Assembly: GCA_020184695.1 (NCBI GenBank)
Contig: JAANOX010000063.1
Coordinates: 62,001 to 126,000, forward strand
DNA: 64,000 nucleotides
DNA from: Histomonas meleagridis 2922-C6/04-290x
Taxonomy: Eukaryota > Protista > Parabasalia
Reading direction: 5' to 3'
Shown: positions 1-10,763 of the stretch, piece after piece
Layout of the letters: the number at the start of each line of letters is the position of its first letter
How positions within the stretch are numbered: the first letter of the stretch is position 1
Made by a program: the position numbers and the translations under genes
Notes under the pieces: model-generated
Told to the model about the DNA's origin: nothing
The model's database searches: none
The model's input: the letters and a program-made list of their open reading frames with translations, nothing else

Positions 1-194
1 ATACTAAGAATGCTGGACTTAAGTTTGAAGGTGAAAACGCTCTTGAAAGATATGATTGGACTGCATACAACCAAATCAAATCTTGGGTTTACCAAGGATT
101 ATCAACTTTCACTTACTTGAGACTTGGTGATACTTTGATGAACAATAACTTTAACGACTTCAAGAACTTTGTGAACCAAATGAACAATGCTTAG
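1..194 (+). CDS. Beta-amylase (GH14), C-terminal part; gene runs off the window start
   Basis: Hand translation from nt 3: TKNAGLKFEGENALERYDWTAYNQIK...FTYLRL...FNDFKNFVNQMNNA*. It carries the GH14 motifs GENAL.RYD (catalytic Glu), AYNQI and FTYLRL. Confidence 0.85.
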   Translation, partial: TKNAGLKFEGENALERYDWTAYNQIKSWVYQGLSTFTYLRLGDTLMNNNFNDFKNFVNQMNNA

Positions 195-623
195 ATAAAC
201 AAAAACTTATAATTTTATCTCATTTATTAATTAATTAATTGAAACTTTTTTCAGTGTTATTAATTTAAAAACTTTGGAAAAATTACTTAATATGAAATAA
301 AGTAATATATGACCAGAAAAACAAAATAATAATTTGTTAAATTGGAAAAACAGTTCATCAATATTTATCAGAAATCACTTGCTAATCTAAATTAATAGAA
401 CTTGAGTATTAAAAAAATAAAAATACAGTATTTCGTTTGGAATAATTAAAGTACGACTTCATTTAAAAAAATAATGATTAAACATAGAAATTTTGTTTTC
501 ATCAATTTTTCATGTAATTTTAGGGAAATAACTTAATATATTTTTTAGATCTAATGCATAATTTTCATATTTTAAAATAATTACAAAAATAATTTATTAT
601 TTTACAAAAGAATAAAATTTAAT

Positions 624-1991
624 CTATAAAATGAAATAGTTAAAGAAAAGTCTCAAACATTTTTCGCTTTGTACTGCCAAAACAAATCTTCTTGACGTTT
701 GCCAGTCGTGTCTATCCCACGCGTGGTATTGCATTGATATTGCACCCACTTGTGAGTTTGACATTTGGAATATTTGCGCCGAATATTTTTCGATGTAATA
801 TCCTCTTTTACACATTTTCGAAATTGCGTTAAACGAGAACGACGACCGAAAAGTTCCCAAACATTCATTTGTCGCCGTCATGAACAATATGTCGACCAAA
901 GCAGACGCGTGATCGAAATCGGGCCTCTTCACAGAGTCCGTCAAAATCGTATAATTACCGAAAACTTTAAGAAACTCTTTTTCCATATCTTTACTATCCG
1001 ATGTGAACGCGAACATTGTTGGTTTATTATTCATTTTGTCCAGAAGAAATGGAACTAACGCTTTCATGTTCGGCTGAATTCCATATGTGAAATAATGTCC
1101 GGGCATATGAAATCGCAAATGTATTCCGAAAATTCGAACGTTTTTGGGAACAGTTTTAAAGAGTTTTAAGATGTATTCCAAGTTCTCATTTGGAATTTCA
1201 ATGAGAAAATTACTTAGAAAATAAATGGCGTGCATGCCGAAATGTGAATATGCAAATGCAGAAAGTTGATGTTGAACATATATCATCGAGGAGAAGATAA
1301 GAAGGTTAAGACAAAGGGTTTTGCCACCCTGTGAATAGAAATCGGAACTATACCAGCCTGAAAATGTGTCGATCTCTTTTTGTGGACGTTTGGAAAGGAT
1401 TTGTGAAAATGTATTGTTCATGTCATAAATGTGCTTGCGATATTTATATGCATTACCACTTTGACTTACAATATGACCTTGTTGAACAAAATTACCTTGA
1501 ATAACCATCGTACGATTTGTCATAAGAGATAGTAAAAACATAGTAATATCCATGCTAATTCGATTACCTACACCATTTGTTACATGATTGATCTTGATAT
1601 ATTCTCTATTTTCAATTGTGGTATTATCCATGTATGTTATCCAACGCTTAATGGTACGCCAAGCTTCTATGATTTGAGGGCATGTAACTTCGCTCTTTGG
1701 TGAGGTACATGGAACGTATGATCGAGACCATGTTGGAAGATGCAACCCTTTGATTGCTTCATCAAGTTCTTGTTGTGTATATGGAAATGGTGAAGGTTCA
1801 GGTGGCAAACGATTGTCAACTTGAGAATATTTATTTTTTGGAATTATATTATTCGATATTTTAACCTTTGATCTGAAAAATATTAAAATATTAAGAACAA
1901 TAGAAAGGATAATGACTATATCAATGGTAATTGTTACCAGCTTGTGAAGTGACTCCGCTTTGTCTTGGAAAACAATGGGAGCCTTCATCAA
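624..1991 (-). CDS. Type II membrane fucosyltransferase-like glycosyltransferase (GT-B; GT37/GT23/GT11-like)
   Basis: N-terminal TM anchor and Pro-rich stem, then NGVGNR, IFGIHLR, FTSDS and ALVDI...GTFRSSFS motifs typical of GDP-fucose-using FucTs. Confidence 0.65.
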   Translation of the reverse strand: MMKAPIVFQDKAESLHKLVTITIDIVIILSIVLNILIFFRSKVKISNNIIPKNKYSQVDNRLPPEPSPFPYTQQELDEAIKGLHLPTWSRSYVPCTSPKSEVTCPQIIEAWRTIKRWITYMDNTTIENREYIKINHVTNGVGNRISMDITMFLLSLMTNRTMVIQGNFVQQGHIVSQSGNAYKYRKHIYDMNNTFSQILSKRPQKEIDTFSGWYSSDFYSQGGKTLCLNLLIFSSMIYVQHQLSAFAYSHFGMHAIYFLSNFLIEIPNENLEYILKLFKTVPKNVRIFGIHLRFHMPGHYFTYGIQPNMKALVPFLLDKMNNKPTMFAFTSDSKDMEKEFLKVFGNYTILTDSVKRPDFDHASALVDILFMTATNECLGTFRSSFSFNAISKMCKRGYYIEKYSAQIFQMSNSQVGAISMQYHAWDRHDWQTSRRFVLAVQSEKCLRLFFNYFIL

Positions 1992-2231
1992 GTTAGACGA
2001 TTAAAATATTTCGAAAAAGCTGTTAAACGATCAATTCTTATAGAAATATATTTCAGGTAAACTATTTAAAAAGTTTCTTTCTGGTGTTGTATTTAGACAA
2101 TTTGAATAATTTCCAAATATTATATTGAAATACTAAATAAAATCTTTAAATATTTATTTTATTTTGTTTAAGAAGCAATTTAACAAATACTAAGTATTGT
2201 TAACATTCACTTTCTTCATGATGATGTTTCG

Positions 2232-3321
2232 TTAAGCATCCTTTTGAATTTGTTTTACTTTATTTAAAAAATATTTTGTAAGAAAAATATTATCAACACG
2301 GATTGATAAATGGATAAGTGAATCACTAATTTTCATACCTTCGCCAATTAGAAATGATAAAATTTCATAGTTATGATAATAAACACATTCCTTTCCCAAT
2401 TCTTCTAAATATATTTTATGAATCTTTTTTTCATAAATATAATGAAAGATGTCGTTGCGATGAAATCTAATTGCTATTTCATAAGATCCATATGGAAGTG
2501 ATGAATTACTTTGTTCACATAAATGAAAAATTTCGAGATTCCCACCTGCAATTGCATAATTACCTGTACTATATAAATTAGAATTATTTAATAATAAATA
2601 TTTAAAACATTTTATTGAGCCAAAAAATGCTGAATAATCAATCAATGATACATATTCTTCATTAATAAATGAACATCTTTCATAAATTGAGGGTTCAATT
2701 ATTTGATTGAAATTAAAATTATTTTGTGATGATATTTCTTGAAGTTTTTCGATTTCATCATCTCGAATAATTTTAGCAATTTCATTTGGATTAACTCCTT
2801 CTTTAATTAATAGTTTATGAAGTGCCCATCATTCTTTGATAGTCCACCATAATTTTTGATGATTGGTTTTATAATATTGAAATATTTTTCATCTCTTATT
2901 TCTTCATCTGATATATATTGAACAAAATATGGAACTTTTGGCGTTTTACATATTTTTTTGGATTGAATAAATTTTTGTTCAATCATTTTTTTCAAGAAGA
3001 TAATATGATTCTTGTGCTTTTTCTTGATAGAAGAATCTCTATAAAAACTTCAAAAATATCGGATTCGCTTTGATGAAATTTTTCATAAGCTTCAATTTCT
3101 TTCAATAAACTTAGTTATGTATTTAATTTATTATTTTGTATTATAAATGATAAATATATAATTTGACTAATAATTTTTATTAAAAAGAATGATTGTTTAA
3201 TATTTATCTTATCAATTAAAGATTCTATAGATTGTGAAATATTTTCACTATTTAGATTAAAAATTATCTCTTCAATTTTTTGGAGTGTTTCCCACTCATT
3301 CTGTGGTTCATTAGATTCCAT
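2232..3321 (-). pseudogene. DUF3447/ankyrin-associated protein, left-arm copy (disrupted)
   Basis: Fragments match 25771-26856, including the IDYSAFFGSIKCFKYL and YAIAGGNLEIFHLCEQ motifs. It has one internal TAA and homopolymer frameshifts. Confidence 0.8.
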
Positions 3322-3458
3322 TTTATTTTTATAAATAATATTTTGTTGTTAAAATTTACTAAAAAGTGCACTTCATGTGGGTTTGGGGGGTTCTGAATCG
3401 TAAAATATTTTTTTCTGTTCATTTTAATCATTATATTACTGAATTTCATTAATAAAAT

Positions 3459-3663
3459 ATGAAATCCAATAAATCGATTGATAAAATAATTCCTCGTGAA
3501 CTTGAAAACATAATCTTCTGGTTAAATGAAGCAAATCTCGAGAATCAGGTACAAGCAAAGATTGATTGATTTATTTGATAAAAAAATTCCATATTCTTTT
3601 GAGTTACTTGTTTGCAAATTAATATATTCCGCTTTTAAATCTAGAGAAGAACCAAAGATTTAA
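3459..3663 (+). pseudogene. Decayed N-terminal fragment of a DUF3447-family gene, head-to-head with the intact-looking paralog
   Basis: Hand translation across a frameshift: MKSNKSIDKIIPRELENIIFWLNEANLENQVQ...LIDLFDKKIPYSFELLVCKLIYSAFKSRE. This resembles LEQIILNLDNNNVQETVQSVINLFDNKYSYSYKYIVCRLVYSSF of the 59105 gene. Mirror copy at 25429-25633. Confidence 0.55.
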
Positions 3664-4090
3664 TATAAAAATAATTAATAGAAATAAACCATGTGCGCTT
3701 TAAAATTTTTAATTTTTACATATTTATTTTTATTTCAAAAGGATGGAAATTCCTATTGGTTGCATTTCTAAAAAAATTTCAATTTGTTTCAAGGTTTCAA
3801 ATAAATGGCATAATTTTAATTATACTTAAGCTTTATCAAAATATGAAAGGTTAAAATGATAATGATATTTTTGTAAAGTAACAAATAATATAACGAATTA
3901 ATATTTTAAGTTAAAGTTTATCATAATTTCCATGATATGCTTTTAATACATCAGAGATAATTTTTCAATTCCAAATTATTAAATACTGTGTAACATTTTC
4001 ATAAAACAATTGCAATACTAAAATTTAAAATGAATATTTATTAAAATAAACATATAAAATTATTCATTGTATTACATTTTATTCATTCAT

Positions 4091-6040
4091 TTAATCAACT
4101 TCTTCAACACGTGGTCCTGATGAATGTCCACTATTTGCTGATGATCCACTTCCTCCTTGCATGTTCGCGCCTGGCATTCCGCCTTGTGCGCCCCCTGCTG
4201 CATGTTGATAAGCTGATTGCATAATTGGCATCAGTTTGCCTTCAAGTTCCTTCTGCTTAGCTTCGATTGTAGCGACATCTGCGTCTTGGTTAGACTCGAT
4301 CCATGCGAGCGTGTCATTGATTTCCTTGTTGATTGTGTCCTTATCTGATTGTGACAATGCGTTAGCGAACTGTTCTTGATTTAATGAGTTGCGTACGCCG
4401 AAGCAGTATCCTTCGAGTGCATTCTTAGCTTCCACCTTCTTACGTACTTCTTCATCTTGTGCTTTGTACTTCTCTGCGTCTGCAACCATTTTGTCGATAT
4501 CTGCTTGTGAAAGACGTCCTTTCTCATTCTTAATCGTAATCTTCTTCACGTTACCTGTCGACTTATCTTGTGCCGAAACATTCATAATACCATCAGCGTT
4601 AACATCGAATGTAACTTCAATCTGTGGTACGCCGCGTGGTGCTGGCGGAATACCTGTTAAATCAAATGTGCCAAGTAAGTTGTTGTCGCATGTTCGAGAA
4701 CGTTCTCCTTCATAAACTTTGATTGTAACTGCCGGTTGGTTATCTGAGAACGTCGTGAAGACATTTGACTTCTTCGCTGGAATTGTCGTGTTACGTGGAA
4801 TCAGAACTGTCATCATTCCGCCAGCTGTCTCGATACCTAATGAAAGTGGTGCAACATCTAACAATAAAATATCTTTCACTGTATCTGATGTATCACCTTT
4901 GATAATTGCTGCTTGTACTGCTGCGCCATATGCAACTGCTTCATCTGGATCAACACCACGGCATGGCTGCTTACCATTGAAGAAGTCTTGTAACAATTGT
5001 TGAACACGTGGAATACGTGACGAACCTCCAACTAAAACTATATCGGTGACATCTGACTTCGACATGTTCGCATCCCTTAATACTTGTGCAACTGGTGTCA
5101 TCGTCGATCTAAATAATTCATCATTTAAGTTCTCAAACATTGCACGTGAAATGTTATCCATGAAATCATGGCCTTCATATAATGAATCACAAACAATGGA
5201 TGCGGATGTGGCTGTGGATAATGTTCGCTTAGCTCGTTCGCATGCTGTTCGTAATGTACGTAATGCACGTGGCGATTGTCTTAAATCACATTTGAATTTC
5301 TTTTGGAATCGATCTGCAAAGTAATTAACCATACGATTATCAAAGTCTTCTCCGCCAAGATGTGTATCGCCTGCTGTGGCACGAACTTCAAACATACCGC
5401 CATCAATATCAAGTAATGAAACATCAAATGTACCGCCACCAAGATCAAAGATAAGAACATGACGCTCTTTATCGGATTTCTCATTAAGACCAAATGCAAT
5501 TGCAGCCGCTGTTGGCTCATTAATAATACGTAATACATTTAATCCGGCAATAACACCGGCATCTTTTTTGGCTTGACGTTGACCATCATTGAAATATGCT
5601 GGAACTGTAATAACTGCATCTTTGACTTTTTTTCTGTAAGTTGACTTTCTGCAATCTCTTTCATTTTTACCTAATACCATAGCTGAGATTTCTTCCGGCT
5701 AAAATTGTTTCGTTTCGCCTTTCCATTGAACTTGAATCCTTGGACGATCTGATTCACCAAGAACAACTTTAAATGGCCAATGTTGCATATCTTTTTTTGG
5801 ACAACTGGATCACTAAACTTACGTCCTATCATACGTTTGGCATCAAATACTGTGTTTGTTGGATTCATGGCTGCTTGGTTCTTTGCGGCATCACCAACAA
5901 GTCGTTCATCTTCTGTAAATGCAACTATAAGACGGTGTTGTACGATTACCCATATCATTCGCTATAATATCAACACGATTGTGTCTGAAAACACCAACAC
6001 AACTGTATGTTGTGCCTAAATCAATACCTATAGCTGACAT
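4091..6040 (-). CDS. HSP70: Cytosolic Hsp70, left copy (frameshifted in this assembly)
   Basis: IDLGTTYS start, [28 protein letters not shown] and C-terminal GPRVEEVD. Indels lie in homopolymers near 5630-5800. Confidence 0.95.
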
Positions 6041-6181
6041 AATAAAAAAATGATGTTATAAAGGAATATTTTGGTTGAGCATTTATCAATTCAATTTAAA
6101 TATTCGACCATTTAAAGTATTGAAATTAAACAGTTATTGAAATTGACGATTATTTTTGTTACAAAAAGTGTTAACGAATAA

Positions 6182-6511
6182 ATGAATCGATATGATGAAA
6201 CAATGAAGCAATCTGAACTTGATGATTTTATTAAAAGTCTTGGTGTTGATAGATTTACACACAAAGATGTTACAAGGTGTTATTCAATATATATGAAAAA
6301 TAATTTTTTTGAAAATTTTGATAAAATCAAAAATTCAAATAACAACAAATGGACAGATATTGAAATTAATACACTTAAAGAAGGAGTTTTTGAATTAGGT
6401 GATAATAATTTTAAAGAAATTTTAAAAAAATATTCTGAAGTATTTGGACCACGAGGAAGAACTTCAAAAGATTTAAAGACAAAATGGGATGAAATCAAAA
6501 ATATTTACTAA
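6182..6511 (+). CDS. Small single-Myb/SANT protein, telobox (TRF-like) type
   Basis: WTDIEINTLKEGV.ELG..NFKEILKKY..VF..RGRTSKDLKTKW matches the telobox Myb pattern WT..E...L..GV..G...W..IL..Y..F..RT..DLKDKW. Confidence 0.75.
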   Translation: MNRYDETMKQSELDDFIKSLGVDRFTHKDVTRCYSIYMKNNFFENFDKIKNSNNNKWTDIEINTLKEGVFELGDNNFKEILKKYSEVFGPRGRTSKDLKTKWDEIKNIY

Positions 6512-6876
6512 AAGCATTGAGTTTTGATGATATTAAATTTAATTGAAAAAAAATCGGAAATTTAAATTTTTAACAAATCTCTCAACTTATTAAGAACATT
6601 TGTTATTAAATGAAAAAGGAACAAAATATTGAATTTTTTTCAATCTTTTTGAATAATTTTATTTCTTAAAGTTTAAATGACAGATATTTTCTTTTGTTAT
6701 CACAAAGTATTATATAGTACTTGTATAAATTTAATAAATATATAATGAATAAATGTTTCATTAAAATCTCTTTTTTTTTAAAATAACGAAAAATAAGAAC
6801 CGTTATTGATCCACCACTTTTCCATAAAGTAAGCAATACATTTTCTAAGTAAAGTAGCGAAAAGATTGGCCAAAAT

Positions 6877-7889
6877 ATGAATCCAATCAGCGAATTCCGT
6901 GGTCCTATTACAAGTGCCACTATTTTTCAACCAAGTGATAAAGCATGTAATCGATGTGTTATTAATAAAGAAGGAGATCTTTTATTTGTAGCATCAGCCA
7001 ACGTTGTTTATGGTTATAATCTTATGACAGAAGTATGTTTCAAACGATATGAAGGACATGATGGTGTTATTGAAGACATTGATATTAATGAAACATCCAC
7101 ACGATTAATTTCAGTTGGAGCAGACCAACGAGTTTTAATTCATTCTATTGAAACGGGGGTTTTGCGCCAGGTAAAATTAATCAAGCAGTTATTGTATCTT
7201 CAAGTCAAATGAAACAAGTACCAACACTTCGTTTATTTCATCTTAAGACACAAACAGATGCAGCTCATCCATTTGATGAGAAATTTAAACATGAATTTAG
7301 TGATGGAGTTAATAGTGTTGTTTGGCCCAACGACAACACTATCATTGTAGGCGATGTCAAAGGGCGATTAATGTTATTTAGCAAGAAAGATTCCACTGAA
7401 TTTAAATTAATTCGTACAGTTGATGCACATCGCGGAAGTATTAATTCCATCTCAGTTTCGTTTGACAAGAAGTTTATTTCCACCGCATCAGCGGACACCA
7501 CCGCGTGCACATGGACATTAGAATTAGAGAAAGTTGGTATGTTTCCACATTCATTTTTAGTTTCTTCTACATCATTTTCACCGAATGGCAAACACATTGT
7601 TCTTGCATCGTCAGCAGATAAGAAGAATGTTGCGACGACAAACTTCGGAAGCACAGACTTTACTATTAACTTCTTCCACATTGTTTTCCAAGAAGAATTT
7701 GCATCGATTAAAGTTCATAAGTCACCAGTTAACGATGTTAAGTTTACACCCGACGGAATGACAGTCGTCACCACGAGTCAGGAGGGGACAGTTATGGTTA
7801 TCCGACTTGGCGAAGACTATCAACGAATGGTCGAAACACATGATGAAGAACTTGAAAAAATTAAACAAGAAATTAATAATAAAAAATGA
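6877..7889 (+). CDS. EIF3I: Translation initiation factor eIF3 subunit i (WD40), left copy with 46-nt deletion
   Basis: NKEGDLLF, YEGHDGVIEDID and FFHIVFQEEFASIKVHKSPVNDVKFTPDG match eIF3i/TIF34. It lacks the sequence corresponding to 21843-21888 of the right copy. Confidence 0.8.
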
Positions 7890-8176
7890 ATAAATATTCA
7901 ATAAAATTCTTTGCTTTTTGTTTTGTTTGAAGTTGATTTATTATTTTTATATCATTTCATTGGTGATCACTCACTGGCTGTTGTGGAAGATGACCTCTTA
8001 TATAACTTATAATAATATAGTGCATTCTCAACATAGAAACAGTTGTCTTTGGAAGATGATGGTCCAAAATGAAAATTGAATTCATAAACTATTGAACCAA
8101 TTGAATGAACGTCGTTAACTTAAAAGCGATTTCGAAAACATCGAATAGACAATAGATTTCTCTTCCTCATCAATAG

Positions 8177-8608
8177 TTGATATATACGTTTTCTTGGATT
8201 TTCTTTATTTTAAGGATAGCGCATGACGGTGATAAAAAATTAATAGAAATCAAAAATGTTTTTTACATTTATGAATATCAACTCGACAAAAATATCATTT
8301 TTCAAAAAAATCATGATCACAGTAATACTTTTTTACATGGTTTTTTTAATTTTTCTTCAAAGATTAAAAATAATCCTATTTTTTGCAACAAATTAAATGC
8401 TTATTATTCAGCTATCGATTCGAATTTTAACAATATAACATCAATACATTCGAAAGATAAAATCAGTGGTTTTACTCCTTTCACATTTTTGTTCAAACTT
8501 TTTGATTCTTTACACAGAAATTTAAAATTATTTTATTCCATAAACATAATGATTTTAATGTTTTCTGTTTTAAGTTTCATAAGAAAATATTTTCTAGCTA
8601 AATTTTAA
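8177..8608 (+). CDS. Hypothetical protein with hydrophobic N- and C-termini
   Basis: 143-aa ORF, also present (frameshifted) in the right arm; no recognisable motif. Confidence 0.35.
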   Translation: MIYTFSWIFFILRIAHDGDKKLIEIKNVFYIYEYQLDKNIIFQKNHDHSNTFLHGFFNFSSKIKNNPIFCNKLNAYYSAIDSNFNNITSIHSKDKISGFTPFTFLFKLFDSLHRNLKLFYSINIMILMFSVLSFIRKYFLAKF

Positions 8609-8636
8609 TATAAGTGAACTTCATATAAAAGGAAAA

Positions 8637-10491
8637 ATGAATATTAAATTTATATTAATTCCATTTGTTTACTTTTTTTTACATTCGATGCAAACATTTA
8701 ATGAAGAAACATTCATATTAACTATAATTGATTCAAGTGAATTTACAAATGATCATCAAAGCAATACAAAGCATCTTGTCATTTCAAATGGAATAACTGA
8801 AATTCCAGAGAAAGCTTTTTTTCAATGGATGTCATTGACTACTGCTTTGATTGCTGACTCAGTCACTATAATTGAATCATATGCATTTCAATATTGTTAT
8901 AGTTTAGAAGAAGTTTCATTTGGAGAAGGCATAACAAATATTGGATCATATGCATTTGGATATTGTACTTCACTAAAAAATTTAACAATTAAATGTCTTA
9001 CAACAGTTGAGTCAAATGTATTCATTGGTTGTGCTGGTCTTGAAACTGTAACTTTCGATGAAGGTGTTCAAGCGATTGGATCGCTGATGTTTCAAAATTG
9101 CGGCAAACTTAAATATGTTACAATTCCAAGTACAGTTTCTTCAATATCAACAAATCCATTTCTTCGTTGCAGCAATCTTCAATTTATAAAAGTTTCCAAT
9201 GAAAGTTCACATTTCTCCAATTATGAAAATGATGGGGTTTTGTATGATAAAGAAATTACAAAACTCATTGTCTATCCAAATGGAAATTCCAGTGAAACAT
9301 TCAAAGTTCCAAATTCAGTAACTTCAATTGAATCACATGGATTTGATTCATGCACTAATTTGTTAACAATTTCATTTGGAAATAATGTAAATATAATAAA
9401 AGATAGTGCATTCTCTAACTGTGCATTCACAAGTTTCACAATTCCAAACTCTGTTACTGATATTCAAACATCGGCTTTTTCTTATTGTACTCAACTAGAA
9501 ACAGTTGTCATCGGAGAAAATGTGAAAATTATCGGTGAATACACATTTTCTGGCTGTTCACTCAAATGCATATATTTCTATGGAGAAACATCTCCAACAT
9601 GACTTCGAAGTCATTCTTTTGATAATAATGAGATAATTGTTATGGTAAGTGAAACATATCAAAATGAAACATTTGGTAAATTAAATATAACCAAAGAAAC
9701 ATTAGATGAATGTCTACCTCCAACATTAACATTTACCAAATCAAATACATTTTCTAAATCAAATGTATTCACACAAAGTAATTCATTCACTAAATCAAAT
9801 GCTTTCACACAATCAAATACATTTACCAAATCAAATACATTTTCTAAATCAAATGTATTCACACAAAGTAATTCATTCACTAAATCAAATGCTTTCACAC
9901 AATCAAATACATTTTCAAAATCGAATGGCTTCACTAGATCAAATGCATTCACACAATCAAGTACATTTACTAATTCTAATTCATTTATACAATCAAATAT
10001 GTTTATTAAATCTAATTCATTTCCGCAAACGAAAATTTATATAAGTTCAAATTCATTTCTTTTTACCCGTTACGCAAACGATTTCGGTATTTAATATGAC
10101 TACAACATATTCATGTACCATTGCACGACTTGATTCGACATTTACATATTCCATTACAGCATTTATTTATTATGAATATATTAATAGTTTTTATTGATCT
10201 CATTATGATTTTTATAATAATTTTTATACATTAACGAATATTAACAATAATTCTAATGAAAGTCAACAAATATCAATGAAAGTTCTGATTTGTATTATTT
10301 GTTTTTCAGTTTTTATAATTCTAATTGTTATTGGAATAATAATTTTCATGATGAAACGGAAACGTGCGAAATCGACGAAATCAACGCCAAGTGTGACGAC
10401 GAAACAAGAAAACGAAGGGAACGAAGGAACGGAAATCATCAACAACGAACTTCACAAGTACGCAATGAATGAATATGATCAATGGATTTGA
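8637..10491 (+). pseudogene. BspA-like (LRR_5) surface protein with F-x-x-S-N-x stalk, TM helix and short tail; left copy, disrupted
   Basis: IPxSVTxIxxxAFxxC repeats, hexapeptide stalk, TM VLICIICFSVFIILIVIGIIIFM, tail ending YDQWI*. In-frame TGA at 9600-9602, a frameshift near 10060 and another TGA near 10197. Confidence 0.85.
9732..10058 (+). repeat. 18-nt coding tandem repeat, F-(T/S)-x-S-N-x hexapeptide, about 18 units
   Basis: FTKSNT FSKSNV FTQSNS FTKSNA FTQSNT..., including a near-exact 90-nt internal duplication. Unit order differs in the right-arm copy. Confidence 0.9.
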
Positions 10492-10496
10492 TCTAA

Positions 10497-10514
10497 TATA
10501 TATATATATATATA
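10497..10514. repeat. (TA)9 microsatellite
   Basis: tatatatatatatatata begins 8 nt beyond the inner end of the left arm. Confidence 0.9.
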
Positions 10515-10763
10515 AATTATTATATACGTTTTATTCACTGACTTTGTATATATATTAACTTTTGTTGAAACAAAAATTACCTTAAAACTGAGATCATATT
10601 TTCATGAAATGTCCATTTTGACGCTCAAAGGATTTCTGCTGCCAAAATCTCTACTTAATCTTTTTAATTCGAGTTAATCGCACTTATATTCAAAATGCTG
10701 AACGATTTCATTTATTTCTTTGTTAAACAATTCCCAAAATCGAAAAATAGAATAAACACATAT

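Larger units (their letters stand above)
2092..10489. repeat. Left arm of ~8.3-kb inverted segmental duplication
   Basis: Reverse complement of 18697-26996, with mirrored ORF track. Identity stops at tttagacaa (2092) and aatggattt (10489). Confidence 0.97.

Noticed and set aside
4389-5538. Antisense and alternate-frame ORFs over Hsp70, ARPC3, eIF3i, ankyrin and Sec24 genes
   Set aside because: These are shadow ORFs of codon-biased conserved genes, with no independent motifs.
9600-10200. TGA reassignment suggested by in-frame TGAs in BspA
   Set aside because: TGA is the normal stop of several conserved genes here (eIF3i, BTB-discoidin, RhoGEF), and the right copy has TCA at one of these sites.
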